From a virus (lineage: Duplodnaviria > Caudoviricetes): a DNA stretch of 64,000 bases. Where the stretch lies: the IMG/VR virus record IMGVR_UViG_3300032462_000002, positions 1 to 64,000 of that record; one strand, given 5' to 3'. Below are positions 28,803 through 39,157 of the stretch, piece after piece (within the stretch, counting starts at the first letter, position 1; each line of letters begins with the position of its first letter). The notes beneath the pieces are model-generated. The model did not search any database. It saw nothing but the letters and a program-made list of their open reading frames with translations, and was not told where the DNA came from. The translations under genes and the position numbers were made by a program.

Positions 28803-29525
28803 ATGAAGAAGTTGCTTACGGTTTTGGCCTGCCTAACAGTGGTGTTCATCGGCATTGCCATCACATTGCCAAAAAATCAGTTGCGTGGACAGGCAACTCA
28901 TCAATATCCAAATCCTGACATTCCAGCACAGATAAATCCTGTAGCTGAGTATGAAGGCGAGGCAGACGAAGACCTCACCGATGTCATGGTGCCGATCCCA
29001 ATGAAGGATCGAGTTTTCAACAAAACAGGCATTCAGTGTGTATGGTGTTCGCTGGAAACATGCGGACGATATGCTGAAGAACCAAAACTAATCAATATGA
29101 CAGACTTGGCTGATTGTAAAAGTTACGCCAGTCCAGGTAGTGCGGCTCAAAAATTGAAGCAACTGAGAGTAAGATATGAACAGACAACAAGTACGTCTGA
29201 TCGTAGCTTAATCATCAAATCGGTTGTTGTAGAAAGACGTGGTTGTTTATTTGCAGTCCCAGGTCACGCAATGACCTTGGTGCATTACGACGAAAAAAAG
29301 GGAATTGTCAAGTACATCAACAACAGTGATAGTTCACTCAAAATTCGTACTTGGACTATGGAAGAATTCAATCGTCGTTGGGACGGATGGATTTGCGTGG
29401 TGTATGCAGACAATGACATTGTGCCACATAAATACCGTCCAATAGTACCAGAGATTCCAATCGTGGACAGAAATGGACCACAAGGAATCTATCCAAAAGA
29501 TTACATACTTCAACCAAGTAAGTAA
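28803..29525 (+). CDS. exported papain-like (C39-like) cysteine peptidase
   Basis: Signal/TM segment; GIQCVWCSLE, GHAM, INN triad spacing. Confidence 0.65.
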   Translation: MKKLLTVLACLTVVFIGIAITLPKNQLRGQATHQYPNPDIPAQINPVAEYEGEADEDLTDVMVPIPMKDRVFNKTGIQCVWCSLETCGRYAEEPKLINMTDLADCKSYASPGSAAQKLKQLRVRYEQTTSTSDRSLIIKSVVVERRGCLFAVPGHAMTLVHYDEKKGIVKYINNSDSSLKIRTWTMEEFNRRWDGWICVVYADNDIVPHKYRPIVPEIPIVDRNGPQGIYPKDYILQPSK

Positions 29526-29526
29526 C

Positions 29527-29557
29527 GAAAAAGCCCGGCAAATCGCCGGGCTTTTTT
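29527..29557. terminator. bidirectional terminator
   Basis: aaaaagcccggc-aaatc-gccgggcttttt. Confidence 0.85.
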
Positions 29558-29792
29558 ATTTGCAGTTACACTTCTTCTTGCTGAAGATCACGCCGCCTGC
29601 ACGCCCGACAATTTTCTTGCTGCGATTCTTTGCAGTAATGGGACGATCACTTCCATCCAGGGCGGAATTGGGTTCGACCGTGATCTCTCGTTCTCCATTT
29701 TCAGGCTGATTCAGACCGGCATTTGATGGATCACCTGCCGATCCGCCAAAATTTTCATCTCGCCGTTGAAGCCAATTTATAAATCCCGACAT
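29556..29792 (-). CDS. small protein with CTS-like N-terminus
   Basis: MSGFINWLQRRDE. Confidence 0.5.
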   Translation of the reverse strand: MSGFINWLQRRDENFGGSAGDPSNAGLNQPENGEREITVEPNSALDGSDRPITAKNRSKKIVGRAGGVIFSKKKCNCK

Positions 29793-29869
29793 TGAGTCAC
29801 GCCCTTCGCAAATAAATACCCTGTGCCATATATAGAGTATACGGAAGTATTTGAAGCCAAGGGAGGCAC

Positions 29870-30184
29870 ATGAAAGGAGTCAATCTATCCTGGACCGTAG
29901 GAGTTCTTACAGTAATCCTATTTGTGGCATTCGGCGTCAAGACACACCATGCCAACCAAGAACCAACTCAACCAATAGCTCAAGTTCAACCACCTGAAGT
30001 CATTCCTGAGCCGCCAAAAACGCCACGCTTGCCGAACATCACAGTTCAGGTGCCGCCACATCTAAGTTATTCAGAAGTAGTCACCCAAGTAAAAAAATGG
30101 GAACAAGAAGCACCAGATTTGGTTGAAGTGGGCTTCTATGGAAAGACAAAAAGAGGCTTAAAAGAAAAGGAGCATCAATTTTAA
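29870..30184 (+). pseudogene. truncated M14 carboxypeptidase
   Basis: Signal peptide, then HLSYSEVVTQVKKWEQEAPDLVEVGFYGKT (M14 start); stops before the HxxE motif. Confidence 0.55.
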
Positions 30185-30254
30185 TGATGTTATGAATACT
30201 CTCGAACATGGACTGGTGTTTTGTGGTTTCTCAAAGAGGCTCCAGTAGTACCAA

Positions 30255-30866
30255 TTAAGACCAATGTTGAAGATTTTGACTTTTCAGGTAATACAGGTAT
30301 CGTTGGTAGGTATCTTCCACTTTGGAACGCACTTGCAGCCCAACAAGATCGGTAGAGTACGTTCTTTTGAATGGAGCAAGAGACGCAGGGTCGTAAACAA
30401 TAGGTTGTCTGAGATTAAGATAATCTTCAATTAAAGAAATGCCTCGGTTTTCGATTAAATCATCCCATGTCAATAATACAGCGCCCGGTGTCCGTTTGGC
30501 CATTTCGCACAACCGTCTGAGTCGATAGGTGTAATGCCTAACGGCAAAAGACGGTTTCATTTTTTCGTTACCTATCAATAAATTCAAAACAGCAGCAGGT
30601 TCTCTTACAATATAGATGAATTTACACTCTTTATAAGCTGCCTTAGTTGACAAGTGATGATTGTGAAGCAATTCATCCATGTAAATTGCAGAACGATTGT
30701 CTAATTTATGATGCTGCTCTGTAAGAGTCAATAAATTGGGTGGTCCCACATACGGACTGCGAACCGCTAAGTTGTAACCCTGAATCCGAGGATGGTGATT
30801 TAATGCGTCACATAACGCAGAAGAACCCGAATGTAGATGGCTGCAAACGAAAAGAACTTTCTTCAT
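30255..30866 (-). CDS. sulfotransferase-fold protein
   Basis: SHLHSGSSAL..LNHHP; IYIVREP. Confidence 0.6.
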   Translation of the reverse strand: MKKVLFVCSHLHSGSSALCDALNHHPRIQGYNLAVRSPYVGPPNLLTLTEQHHKLDNRSAIYMDELLHNHHLSTKAAYKECKFIYIVREPAAVLNLLIGNEKMKPSFAVRHYTYRLRRLCEMAKRTPGAVLLTWDDLIENRGISLIEDYLNLRQPIVYDPASLAPFKRTYSTDLVGLQVRSKVEDTYQRYLYYLKSQNLQHWS

Positions 30867-30954
30867 TATGGTCCTTTGGGAGAAAAAACACATTCACCTT
30901 AATAACTAACATCGTACCTGCCGGTACTTTACTTAATTAGAGAGGGATAAAAAC

Positions 30955-33900
30955 ATGCCACTTTGGTCAGACTTTTTCAAATTGTTCACATATGCCACAG
31001 AGAAAGACCCTCTGTCGGCTCGTAAAGACCCTAAGAACTTCGGGACTGCTGGCATTTCCCAGCCAGAAGCATTAGGGACAGATTTTCAAAGCGGTGGTGG
31101 ACCGGGTGGCCAAACAAGCTACCGTCAAACCAACGACATGATTGACACGACGACACTCTCCAATCGCTCTATGCGATATAAAGAGTATGAGCGTCTGCGT
31201 AATGTCCCGGAAATCGAAATGGCAATGACAGTCTTCGCTGATGAAGCGTGCGTTGCAGGTGATACTCCAATCACAACTCCATTCGGCGTTACAACCATAA
31301 AAGAGTTGGCAGAAAAAAGAGCCGATGAGAGATTTTTGGTTTATTGCTATGACTTCATTAAAAGAGATTACACTCTCGGTTGGGCTTTCGCTCCACGATT
31401 GGTCAAAAAAGCCAAAACTCTAACTATCATCCTGGACAATGGCACAAAGTACACTGCCACCCTGGATCACCTCGTTCTAAAGAAAAACGGGGAATGGATT
31501 GAAACAGGAGAACTTCAGTTCGGCGACGAACTAATGCCGTTTTACCGTCTGTCGGCTGCGTCCGATCTTAAACACAAACAATTTCCTCGTCTATTCAGTT
31601 TTGCAAAAGGCTGGATCAGTGAGCGTCAATTCATCGACGATTGGAAAACAGGCAAAAGTAATCCTGACTATGAAAAAGTAAATCGAGTAATTCGTATGGT
31701 TGGTGGCGGATTAACCACCCGACAAATTGCTAACAAACTAAATTTCGATTGGGCGACAATAGACGCCTGGGTAAAAAAAGAAGGATTCACCCCAAAGGAA
31801 ATCAGAACTCTTTACAAGCACGAAGATCGTCGTAGAGTTGTAGGGATTGAAGAAGGTCCAGAACAAGATGTTTATGACATTTCAGTTGAAGGACACAAAT
31901 GCTTCGCTACGGATTCTGTGATTCTACACAATTGCCAAAAAGATGAAGATGGCAACATATTCAAAGTGATTACAGCAAACGACGAAATTCGTGAAGAAGT
32001 TGAATTTCTGCTGTTGCACCGCAAGATGTTGAATATGAATCGCCAAGGTTGGACATGGTTCAAGAACCTGTGTATTTCTGGCGACTGGTTCGTAGAAATG
32101 GTCATCAATCCAGATAACCCTAAAGAGGGCATTTATCGAGCCATGCCATTGCCTCCCGAAACGATGTATCGCATCGAAACGGTAAAGGGCAAGATGATTG
32201 AGTACCAACAAAGCAAAGAAGGCCCTGATTATCAGGCCATCATACGAGGACCAGTCACCGGACAAAACGAAATGGAATTGAATCAAACGACGGCCATTAG
32301 GTTTGCTCCAAGCCAAGTCGTTCACTTCCGAATTGGCGATGATCGAAAGACATTCTTTCCATACGGTCAGAGCTTAATCGAGCCAGCCCGTGGACCGGCT
32401 CACAGCTTGAGATTGATGGAAGACGCAATGGTCGTATATAGGCTGTGTCTGGTGGGGGATTCCCGTGTTCGCACTGAAGACAGTTATAAACTGATTCGTA
32501 ATCTCAAAGTCGGAGATTGCGTTTGGTCACTTACTCCTAAAGGAATAATCCCAGCAAAGGTTTCCTGGTTCGTCAATAATGGCATTCAGGATATATTGAA
32601 AGTTCGCACTAAGCACGTTGAACTACGGGGAACAAAAACGCACCCAGTTTTGGTCAACAGAACAGGCGTCGTTCAGTATGTAGATATGCAAGATTTGCAA
32701 ATCGGTAAAGATCGCCTATTATTGGTTGACAATGATGCCAATCAACAGGTGGAAATTCCGTTTTTCGAGTCAGAACCGTGGGCTAAGTTATCCAAAGAAC
32801 AATTATTTACTTTCCGCAAAAAACAATACAAAAACAAATCAAACTTGTTGCGAGAATGCCATAATTTTGGTCGAGCCAAGCAATTCCTGTACTGTAAAAA
32901 CAAAGCTCTGCCATTATCCAAAGCAGAAAAGATCTGCGAGGTTTTTGGATTAGACAGTTCAAAATTGATCCAAGTCAATAAAAATCAAAGAAACGAAGAA
33001 CGTATTTCTTTACCATATATTGTTGACGAGGAATTTGCAAGATTGTTTGGTTTTCTATGCGGAGATGGGAACATCCACAATGGTTCTCAATTGTCTTTTT
33101 CAGCCGGAACAGACAAAACAATCAACGAAGTATATCGAGCAAAATTAGAGAACTATTTTGGGAAAGTGCGATTTGAGACAGACAAAAGAAGTTTGACGGG
33201 ATGCGGCAAGCATGTGGTAGATTCTACCTTTGCCTGTTCTTTAATGACGAGAATGGGTTACATCAACAATCATGATTGTAATCGTATTCCAAAATGGGTT
33301 TTCACAGCGCCGAAGAATATTCGCCGTGCATTCATAGAAGGTCTGTCAGACGCCGATGGATGCGAACGTCACACAAATAAAGGCACATGGTTCTCAACTA
33401 TTGAATTATGCAATGAAGAACTCGTCAGAGACATTAAAGAACTATGGTCATCCATTGGATTGAGTTCAGGACATCTAAAAACAAGACATCGTAAAGGTGG
33501 TCATGAAATTGAAATTGGCAGAGTAATGCCGCCAACAACTTCATACTCTGTAACCATTAGTGATGTTTTGCTGCCAGAAGAAGAAAACATTATTTCTATT
33601 GAAGAAGACGGAAAAGAAGAAGTATTTGATATTACAGTGGATAATGAATATCACAATTTCATTGTGAATGGCTGTTGTACACACAACACCCGTGCGCCAG
33701 AACGACGTGTGTTTTATATTGATGTTGGACAACTCCCTCCATTCAAGGCTGAAGCATTTATTGATCGACTGAAAGATCAATTCCGCAAGCGTAAAATCAC
33801 GAGTGGCCGGGGCGCACCAGGAGCAAACTCAGTAGAAGAACGCTGGCAACCACCGGCTCAAGACGAAGACTATTGGCTACCAATTCGTCCAAACAGCCTC

Positions 33901-34737
33901 ACTCGTATTGATACATTGCCGGGTGCTGAAAACTTAGGCGAAATTGACGATGCTGTTTACTTCAGAAACAAGTTGTTGACCAGTTTGAATTTCCCGAAGA
34001 ACTACTTCAACAATGAAGACCCAGGTGCAACCAGAATTACTCTGTCTACTCAAGATGTTAAGTTCGCTCGCATGATTGAGCGGCTACAGAGTCACTTCGA
34101 GGATGGAATCCTGGATATGGCAGAGAGACACTTACATTTGCGAGGTTATCCTGAAGAAAGTTATCAAGACCTAAAGATCAAGATGACGGCTCCTTCGGAT
34201 TGGCGAGAGCTTTCTCGTGCAGAAGTGGTAACGGCCCGCTATACTAATGCTGGTACATTAAAGAGTGGTCAGCTTATGGCTGACTATGATATTGTCACCA
34301 AGATATTAAAGTTTTCCGATGACGAAGCTGATGAAATGCTGGCTCGTTTGAAGTTGCAAAAATTGGAAGACCTCAAACTACAAGTATTGGCGCAGAATCC
34401 ACAACTATTGGGTGTGGGCATTCCTGGGGCTGATGCGGGTGGCGGTCAAGGAGAACTTGGAACCGAACCAGGTGGACCGGGCATGTCGCCTGACCCGATG
34501 GCGGGTGGTGATCCTATGGCAGCAGCAGGCGGTGGAGCAGGCGCTCCTCCACCAACGGCAACGGCTTCTGGGGCAGATGAAACACCCGATGCTGATCCCG
34601 GCTCAAAAGCACCTGAAGGTGCGAACATTCCAGAGCCAGATGGAGAAGACATCAAGAAGTATGATCTTGAGATTCAAGACTACGAGGCCGAGCAGGACCG
34701 AGAAGATATTGACTACAGCGTAGGTGACGAGGGTTAA
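30955..34737 (+). CDS. portal protein (T4 gp20-like) containing two inteins
   Basis: RLMEDAMVVYRL/TRAPERRVFYIDVGQLP and EDYWLP..IDTLPGAENLGEIDD; about 618 aa after splicing. Confidence 0.93.
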   Translation: MPLWSDFFKLFTYATEKDPLSARKDPKNFGTAGISQPEALGTDFQSGGGPGGQTSYRQTNDMIDTTTLSNRSMRYKEYERLRNVPEIEMAMTVFADEACVAGDTPITTPFGVTTIKELAEKRADERFLVYCYDFIKRDYTLGWAFAPRLVKKAKTLTIILDNGTKYTATLDHLVLKKNGEWIETGELQFGDELMPFYRLSAASDLKHKQFPRLFSFAKGWISERQFIDDWKTGKSNPDYEKVNRVIRMVGGGLTTRQIANKLNFDWATIDAWVKKEGFTPKEIRTLYKHEDRRRVVGIEEGPEQDVYDISVEGHKCFATDSVILHNCQKDEDGNIFKVITANDEIREEVEFLLLHRKMLNMNRQGWTWFKNLCISGDWFVEMVINPDNPKEGIYRAMPLPPETMYRIETVKGKMIEYQQSKEGPDYQAIIRGPVTGQNEMELNQTTAIRFAPSQVVHFRIGDDRKTFFPYGQSLIEPARGPAHSLRLMEDAMVVYRLCLVGDSRVRTEDSYKLIRNLKVGDCVWSLTPKGIIPAKVSWFVNNGIQDILKVRTKHVELRGTKTHPVLVNRTGVVQYVDMQDLQIGKDRLLLVDNDANQQVEIPFFESEPWAKLSKEQLFTFRKKQYKNKSNLLRECHNFGRAKQFLYCKNKALPLSKAEKICEVFGLDSSKLIQVNKNQRNEERISLPYIVDEEFARLFGFLCGDGNIHNGSQLSFSAGTDKTINEVYRAKLENYFGKVRFETDKRSLTGCGKHVVDSTFACSLMTRMGYINNHDCNRIPKWVFTAPKNIRRAFIEGLSDADGCERHTNKGTWFSTIELCNEELVRDIKELWSSIGLSSGHLKTRHRKGGHEIEIGRVMPPTTSYSVTISDVLLPEEENIISIEEDGKEEVFDITVDNEYHNFIVNGCCTHNTRAPERRVFYIDVGQLPPFKAEAFIDRLKDQFRKRKITSGRGAPGANSVEERWQPPAQDEDYWLPIRPNSLTRIDTLPGAENLGEIDDAVYFRNKLLTSLNFPKNYFNNEDPGATRITLSTQDVKFARMIERLQSHFEDGILDMAERHLHLRGYPEESYQDLKIKMTAPSDWRELSRAEVVTARYTNAGTLKSGQLMADYDIVTKILKFSDDEADEMLARLKLQKLEDLKLQVLAQNPQLLGVGIPGADAGGGQGELGTEPGGPGMSPDPMAGGDPMAAAGGGAGAPPPTATASGADETPDADPGSKAPEGANIPEPDGEDIKKYDLEIQDYEAEQDREDIDYSVGDEG
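31249..31932 (+). mobile_element. intein 1 (228 aa, no LAGLIDADG motifs, internal HTH)
   Basis: A|CVAGDT ... VYDISV..ILHN|C. Confidence 0.9.
32446..33687 (+). mobile_element. intein 2 (414 aa) with LAGLIDADG endonuclease
   Basis: L|CLVGDS ... LFGFLCGDG, FIEGLSDADG ... VFDITV..THN|T. Confidence 0.92.
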
Positions 34738-34988
34738 TGACAGGAATTACACAATTTCCCACGTTGGCAATAAAAAACCGGCAATTGGTGGAGCAATCCA
34801 CCAACGCCGGATGTTTTCATTGTTTGAAGATTTTCAATGTAACGGAAATCAAAAATTACACCGACAATGACAAAACTGTGATCTGTCCCCTTTGCGGGGT
34901 GGACTCAGTTGTTGGCGATATGTGCGGCTTTGAGCTTTCTGAGGAAATCCTCAAGACCGCTCATCAATTCTGGTACACCAAGCGTTAG
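34737..34988 (+). CDS. small Zn-finger protein
   Basis: GCFHC..CPLCGVDSV. Confidence 0.7.
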   Translation: MTGITQFPTLAIKNRQLVEQSTNAGCFHCLKIFNVTEIKNYTDNDKTVICPLCGVDSVVGDMCGFELSEEILKTAHQFWYTKR

Positions 34989-35902
34989 TCTTGGTCTTCT
35001 TGTCTATCAAAGAAGTATTGTCGGATGTCGTCGTGCATCCCAAACTTATCTGAAGACCATTCGTAGACATCGTTGACTAGCTTGATGTCGGCATTTGGGT
35101 TGTAGTCGTAGTTGAGAATAATGTCATGACGATCCATATACTTGCGATTCTTCAGGGAGCCGTGCCACAAATGAGAAATGTCCACGGGGATATAATCCAG
35201 GGTTGGTTTTTTGGCTCGCAATCCTTCGCACCATTTCATTAAGTCTACTTTCATATGATCGTTGAATTTACTAGCAAATCCGTGGATGTCCCACGAATCC
35301 AAGTAACAATCAACGAAAAATGTATCGCCACTTCCAACGATATTACGGTCGTACAGACCGCCTAATTCTTTGAATGTGTCACGACGAGCGGCCCAGGCGA
35401 ATCCTGGAACTGAAAAATTCAGTTCTCGATTACGGCGGCGTTGCAACCAATTGCGGTGAATCTTCCATTGCCATGCAACACTTTGCAAGTTTGGAATTTT
35501 GCTACCGTCATAGTTCAACATGCCTTTGGGCATGTAATACACTTTCTTGAATAGCTGAATCACATCAGCCGTTTTAAGTTTGTCGCAGGCTTGCTGCGCC
35601 CAATCTTCTGAATGGAAAAGCACATCGCAATCAATCCAAGCATAGTATTTGCAATCATCAGGCAATTTGGTAACACCATAGTTTATTAGGCGTTCCTTTT
35701 GCCACATGATACTATCGCTACGCAACCGATGGACATCCTGGCCATCTGGAATGTAGAAAGGACCGCCGTTGAAAGCACACTCAACGGTGATAAGTCTCAC
35801 TCCTTGCCGCTTTAATTGCTCGGCAAAAATGAAGTAGTTACTTAATAAAGATGTGAACCCGGCAGGGTTAAAAAACACAGTGATGACGCATAGTTCGTCC
35901 AT
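34985..35902 (-). CDS. GT-A glycosyltransferase-like protein
   Basis: WQKERLIN, AWIDCD (DxD), PGFAWAARR, GSGD, HLWHG. Confidence 0.7.
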   Translation of the reverse strand: MDELCVITVFFNPAGFTSLLSNYFIFAEQLKRQGVRLITVECAFNGGPFYIPDGQDVHRLRSDSIMWQKERLINYGVTKLPDDCKYYAWIDCDVLFHSEDWAQQACDKLKTADVIQLFKKVYYMPKGMLNYDGSKIPNLQSVAWQWKIHRNWLQRRRNRELNFSVPGFAWAARRDTFKELGGLYDRNIVGSGDTFFVDCYLDSWDIHGFASKFNDHMKVDLMKWCEGLRAKKPTLDYIPVDISHLWHGSLKNRKYMDRHDIILNYDYNPNADIKLVNDVYEWSSDKFGMHDDIRQYFFDRQEDQD

Positions 35903-35980
35903 TGAAGCTCCTTCTTGTTACAACGGGACTGATGACATCCTTATGTATTCAAAAAGATCAACAATTATTTGTTATGTGTT

Positions 35981-36382
35981 TTAACCAATTGGATTGTGGA
36001 AAGAATCTGCTGAATTTGTAGCCAATACATCGGTCCCGTGATTCTTAACATCATCGGGAGACACGTCGGCCAAGCCTTTGGAAATTACCCTGCGACCTTT
36101 TGTGGCCGCTTTTCGCATATCTCTTTTGAAATTTCCATCTTTGAAACTATCTAATCCATGTTGTTGAAGTATTGACTTGAGTTCAGGCATTACTTCAGAC
36201 ATACGGTTAAGAAATTGAGCAGCGGCCTGACTGTTCTTGGACATCACAATCTCGAACGCTTGTATGGCAGCAGTTAGAGCCTTCTCAGAGTCAGCATCTA
36301 AGCTGGATTTACCAAGCATATTGGTTCCAACATCGTAGGCTGCTAACTCTTTTAGACTCACATAGTCGTTAAATGTTTTCAT
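35981..36382 (-). CDS. putative internal head protein
   Basis: MKTFNDYVSLKE, close to the T4 CTS. Confidence 0.6.
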   Translation of the reverse strand: MKTFNDYVSLKELAAYDVGTNMLGKSSLDADSEKALTAAIQAFEIVMSKNSQAAAQFLNRMSEVMPELKSILQQHGLDSFKDGNFKRDMRKAATKGRRVISKGLADVSPDDVKNHGTDVLATNSADSFHNPIG

Positions 36383-36550
36383 TTTGATCCCCATTTTTAT
36401 TGTTCCCTGCATACCTATCTACTAGGTGACGAGGGATTTTACGAATTACGGTGTAAAATTTGAATCAGAGTTAATACATAACCTCATCACTAGCAGCAGA
36501 AGCAGTTGCCGATGACTGAATCCAACAACAGCACAGGGAGTCAATTGATT

Positions 36551-38455
36551 ATGAAAAGAAAACTAATCAGCTTCGATGCGTTTAAGAAAATCGAAGAAGC
36601 ATCACTTACAAACGCCCAGGAAGAGTTAATCGGGGCAGAAGAAGTGTTGGCAAAAACCTTGGGTGTAGATGACTTGAAGTTATTCACCTTCGGGGAATCC
36701 GACGTTACATACCAAGCACCGGACGGAAGTTTCGTACATGCCAGCTACAAGTTAGAAAAGGACCAATTGGTCCTTGAGAATCTTGAACAATTGGTTATTG
36801 AAGAGGAAAGCGAGAAGAAAAATGCCCGCCAAACCCTAGTCAATATGGTAGATTCGCTACTTGAGAACAACGAAGCAAAGGCAGGCCAGCAATTTGAGGC
36901 TTATCTTTCCATGCCGTTTGTTCGTAGAGAATTGCTAGTCAGCGAAGGGTTTAAGGTCACTGTTTCCAAGCCTACTGGCAGTAACTCACCGCTCAAAAAC
37001 AAAAAGCAGAGTCGTTCTTTGGTCGCAAAGCGTACTCGCTCCCGCAATAAGACCCTCTCCCGTATTTCCAAGAGCCAGAAAGAACAACTCGGTCGCAAGC
37101 GTACTTCCGCTTCTAAGCAACTAGGTGGTTCTAACAATCCACGTTGGCGTACATACGCTCGCAAAGTCAAGCCGAACACCATCAAAGAATGGTCGATGAT
37201 GTGCGAGAACGTCATGAGCTATTTGGACTACAAAGAATTTGGCCCTGTTATGTCTGAATCCATGATTCAGACAGACGACAGAGGTAACGTAACTGGTGTT
37301 GCAATGCAAACCATCCAGAAGCGTAATGAAGGCAAGATTTTGACCTTCAATTGGAAGACTATGGATCATGAGATCAAAGTTCTCCGTGGAAATGTCAAGA
37401 AGCTGTCAGAAGACCAGACCTTCATTAAGGCCATGACCGATCTGAAGCGATACAACAACATTTCTGACAACTCTTCACTCGAAGAAACACTAGAAGCTAT
37501 TGTCAGCCGTTGGCCAGATGTTCTTTACATCACCGAAGGCGAATTGGCAGAGCAAATTTCAACAGCGTTGGAGACAGCCAATGTCACCAACTATGACGAC
37601 AATATGTGTTCTTTCATGGCTGAAGCAATTCTTCGCACAGCACACAATGCTTTCACGGATCGTGTACGCAAAATCGGCTCCCTGGCTGGCAGCACAAACG
37701 ACCTGACTGCTGAGTGCAAGACCTGTGAGGATTCCTACAAAGAATTCAAGACTGTTGCTGACAAGTTCTACACCCAGCTAGACGAGTCTGACTCGGCTGA
37801 CCTGAGAGTATTTGCTGACTTGTTCAAGGCTCTCCACGAAGTCCACCGTGTTGCCGCCGAAACTGGTGATGAAGCAACCAAGGCTGAAGTTGAGAACTAC
37901 ATGCAGGAATGTGCTGCTGTTCTGAACCGTGAAACTCAAGTTGATCTAAGTCTTGCAGAGGCTATTGCCAATTATCTGCACGATCTAGTTGAAGCTAATG
38001 TTTCTGGTGCGGAAGCAACATGGAACGTTTCCAACAGTGATGTACATAGCACAATCAATGGCGATCACCCAAGAACATCTTGGAACGCCAAGCAAACTGA
38101 CGCAGTTCCTTCCAAGTATACCGGCGACTACGGCGACGAAGCCCCGGTATCTGACGGCAAGAGCTACAAGAATGGATTAGCAGATGAAATGCGAAATCGT
38201 TCGTGGAGCAACATTGGCGGTGCAGACACTTGGCCAGACATGAAGAACCCATATGTACCGAAGCCTTTCGGCGATTACAAGATGAAAGAAAAGTCGGCAG
38301 TTGATGATGGCGAAAGTGATTGGAGCCGTTGGCAGTCTGGCGACACATGGCCGAACTTGAAGAACCCGTATGTGCCTGACTCCCCTTGGGACAAGAGCAA
38401 ATACAAGATGAAGTCCGACAACCTAGTTGTCGATAAAGGCGAAACCAAGGTCTAA
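36551..38455 (+). CDS. large prohead core/internal protein
   Basis: Lies before the protease; C-terminal duplicated DTWP.(M/L)KNPYVP..YKMK. Confidence 0.65.
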   Translation: MKRKLISFDAFKKIEEASLTNAQEELIGAEEVLAKTLGVDDLKLFTFGESDVTYQAPDGSFVHASYKLEKDQLVLENLEQLVIEEESEKKNARQTLVNMVDSLLENNEAKAGQQFEAYLSMPFVRRELLVSEGFKVTVSKPTGSNSPLKNKKQSRSLVAKRTRSRNKTLSRISKSQKEQLGRKRTSASKQLGGSNNPRWRTYARKVKPNTIKEWSMMCENVMSYLDYKEFGPVMSESMIQTDDRGNVTGVAMQTIQKRNEGKILTFNWKTMDHEIKVLRGNVKKLSEDQTFIKAMTDLKRYNNISDNSSLEETLEAIVSRWPDVLYITEGELAEQISTALETANVTNYDDNMCSFMAEAILRTAHNAFTDRVRKIGSLAGSTNDLTAECKTCEDSYKEFKTVADKFYTQLDESDSADLRVFADLFKALHEVHRVAAETGDEATKAEVENYMQECAAVLNRETQVDLSLAEAIANYLHDLVEANVSGAEATWNVSNSDVHSTINGDHPRTSWNAKQTDAVPSKYTGDYGDEAPVSDGKSYKNGLADEMRNRSWSNIGGADTWPDMKNPYVPKPFGDYKMKEKSAVDDGESDWSRWQSGDTWPNLKNPYVPDSPWDKSKYKMKSDNLVVDKGETKV

Positions 38456-38476
38456 CACACAAAAAGGAGTGCGTCA

Positions 38477-39157
38477 ATGGATGAAAGATTAAGTCTATTC
38501 GTTGACTGCTGTGACAATGGCGGGTTTGTCTTGAATTTGAATGAGTCAGCTACCGACAAGGGGCTGACTAAGTTCAAAGGCAAGTTTCAAGAGGCCGAGG
38601 CAGTTAACAAAAACAAAAGAATTTACCCCTTTGGTGTTCTCGATGAGAACGTCAAGAAATTGGTTCCCATCGTAGAAGCCCGTGGGCTGGTGGGAGAATT
38701 AGATCACCCGACAGATTCGATCATTCACTTTGAGAAATGTTCTCACGTCATCACTAAGTTGTGGTGGGAGGGAAACAATCTTATGGGTGAAGGAGAAATT
38801 CTGAATACACCGCACGGCAGAATACTGCGAAGTCTTTTGTCAGACGGGGTGAGAGTTGGTATTAGCAGCCGGGGCGTTGGCAACGGTCGCAGTGATGAGA
38901 ATGGCATTCTAGTTATTGGCGAAAGCTACAAACTGATTACCTTCGATGCTGTTGCTGATCCAAGCACCTACAACGCCTTTCAGGAGAAAGTCGTTGGAAA
39001 GAAAGAGAGTTATACACCAATCCCAAGTGATATTCACAAAAATGTGGCGAAAAATGAAGACAGCCGCATACATAAAGTAAATAAAGAAGCACTTATTGCT
39101 TGCTTGGGCGGTATCATTGAACAACAAACTAGCAATATCAAAGCGAGGTTAGGCTAA
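38477..39157 (+). CDS. prohead protease (T4 gp21-like)
   Basis: NKNKRIY, GELDHP, GISSRG.G, FDAVADPS. Confidence 0.92.
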   Translation: MDERLSLFVDCCDNGGFVLNLNESATDKGLTKFKGKFQEAEAVNKNKRIYPFGVLDENVKKLVPIVEARGLVGELDHPTDSIIHFEKCSHVITKLWWEGNNLMGEGEILNTPHGRILRSLLSDGVRVGISSRGVGNGRSDENGILVIGESYKLITFDAVADPSTYNAFQEKVVGKKESYTPIPSDIHKNVAKNEDSRIHKVNKEALIACLGGIIEQQTSNIKARLG

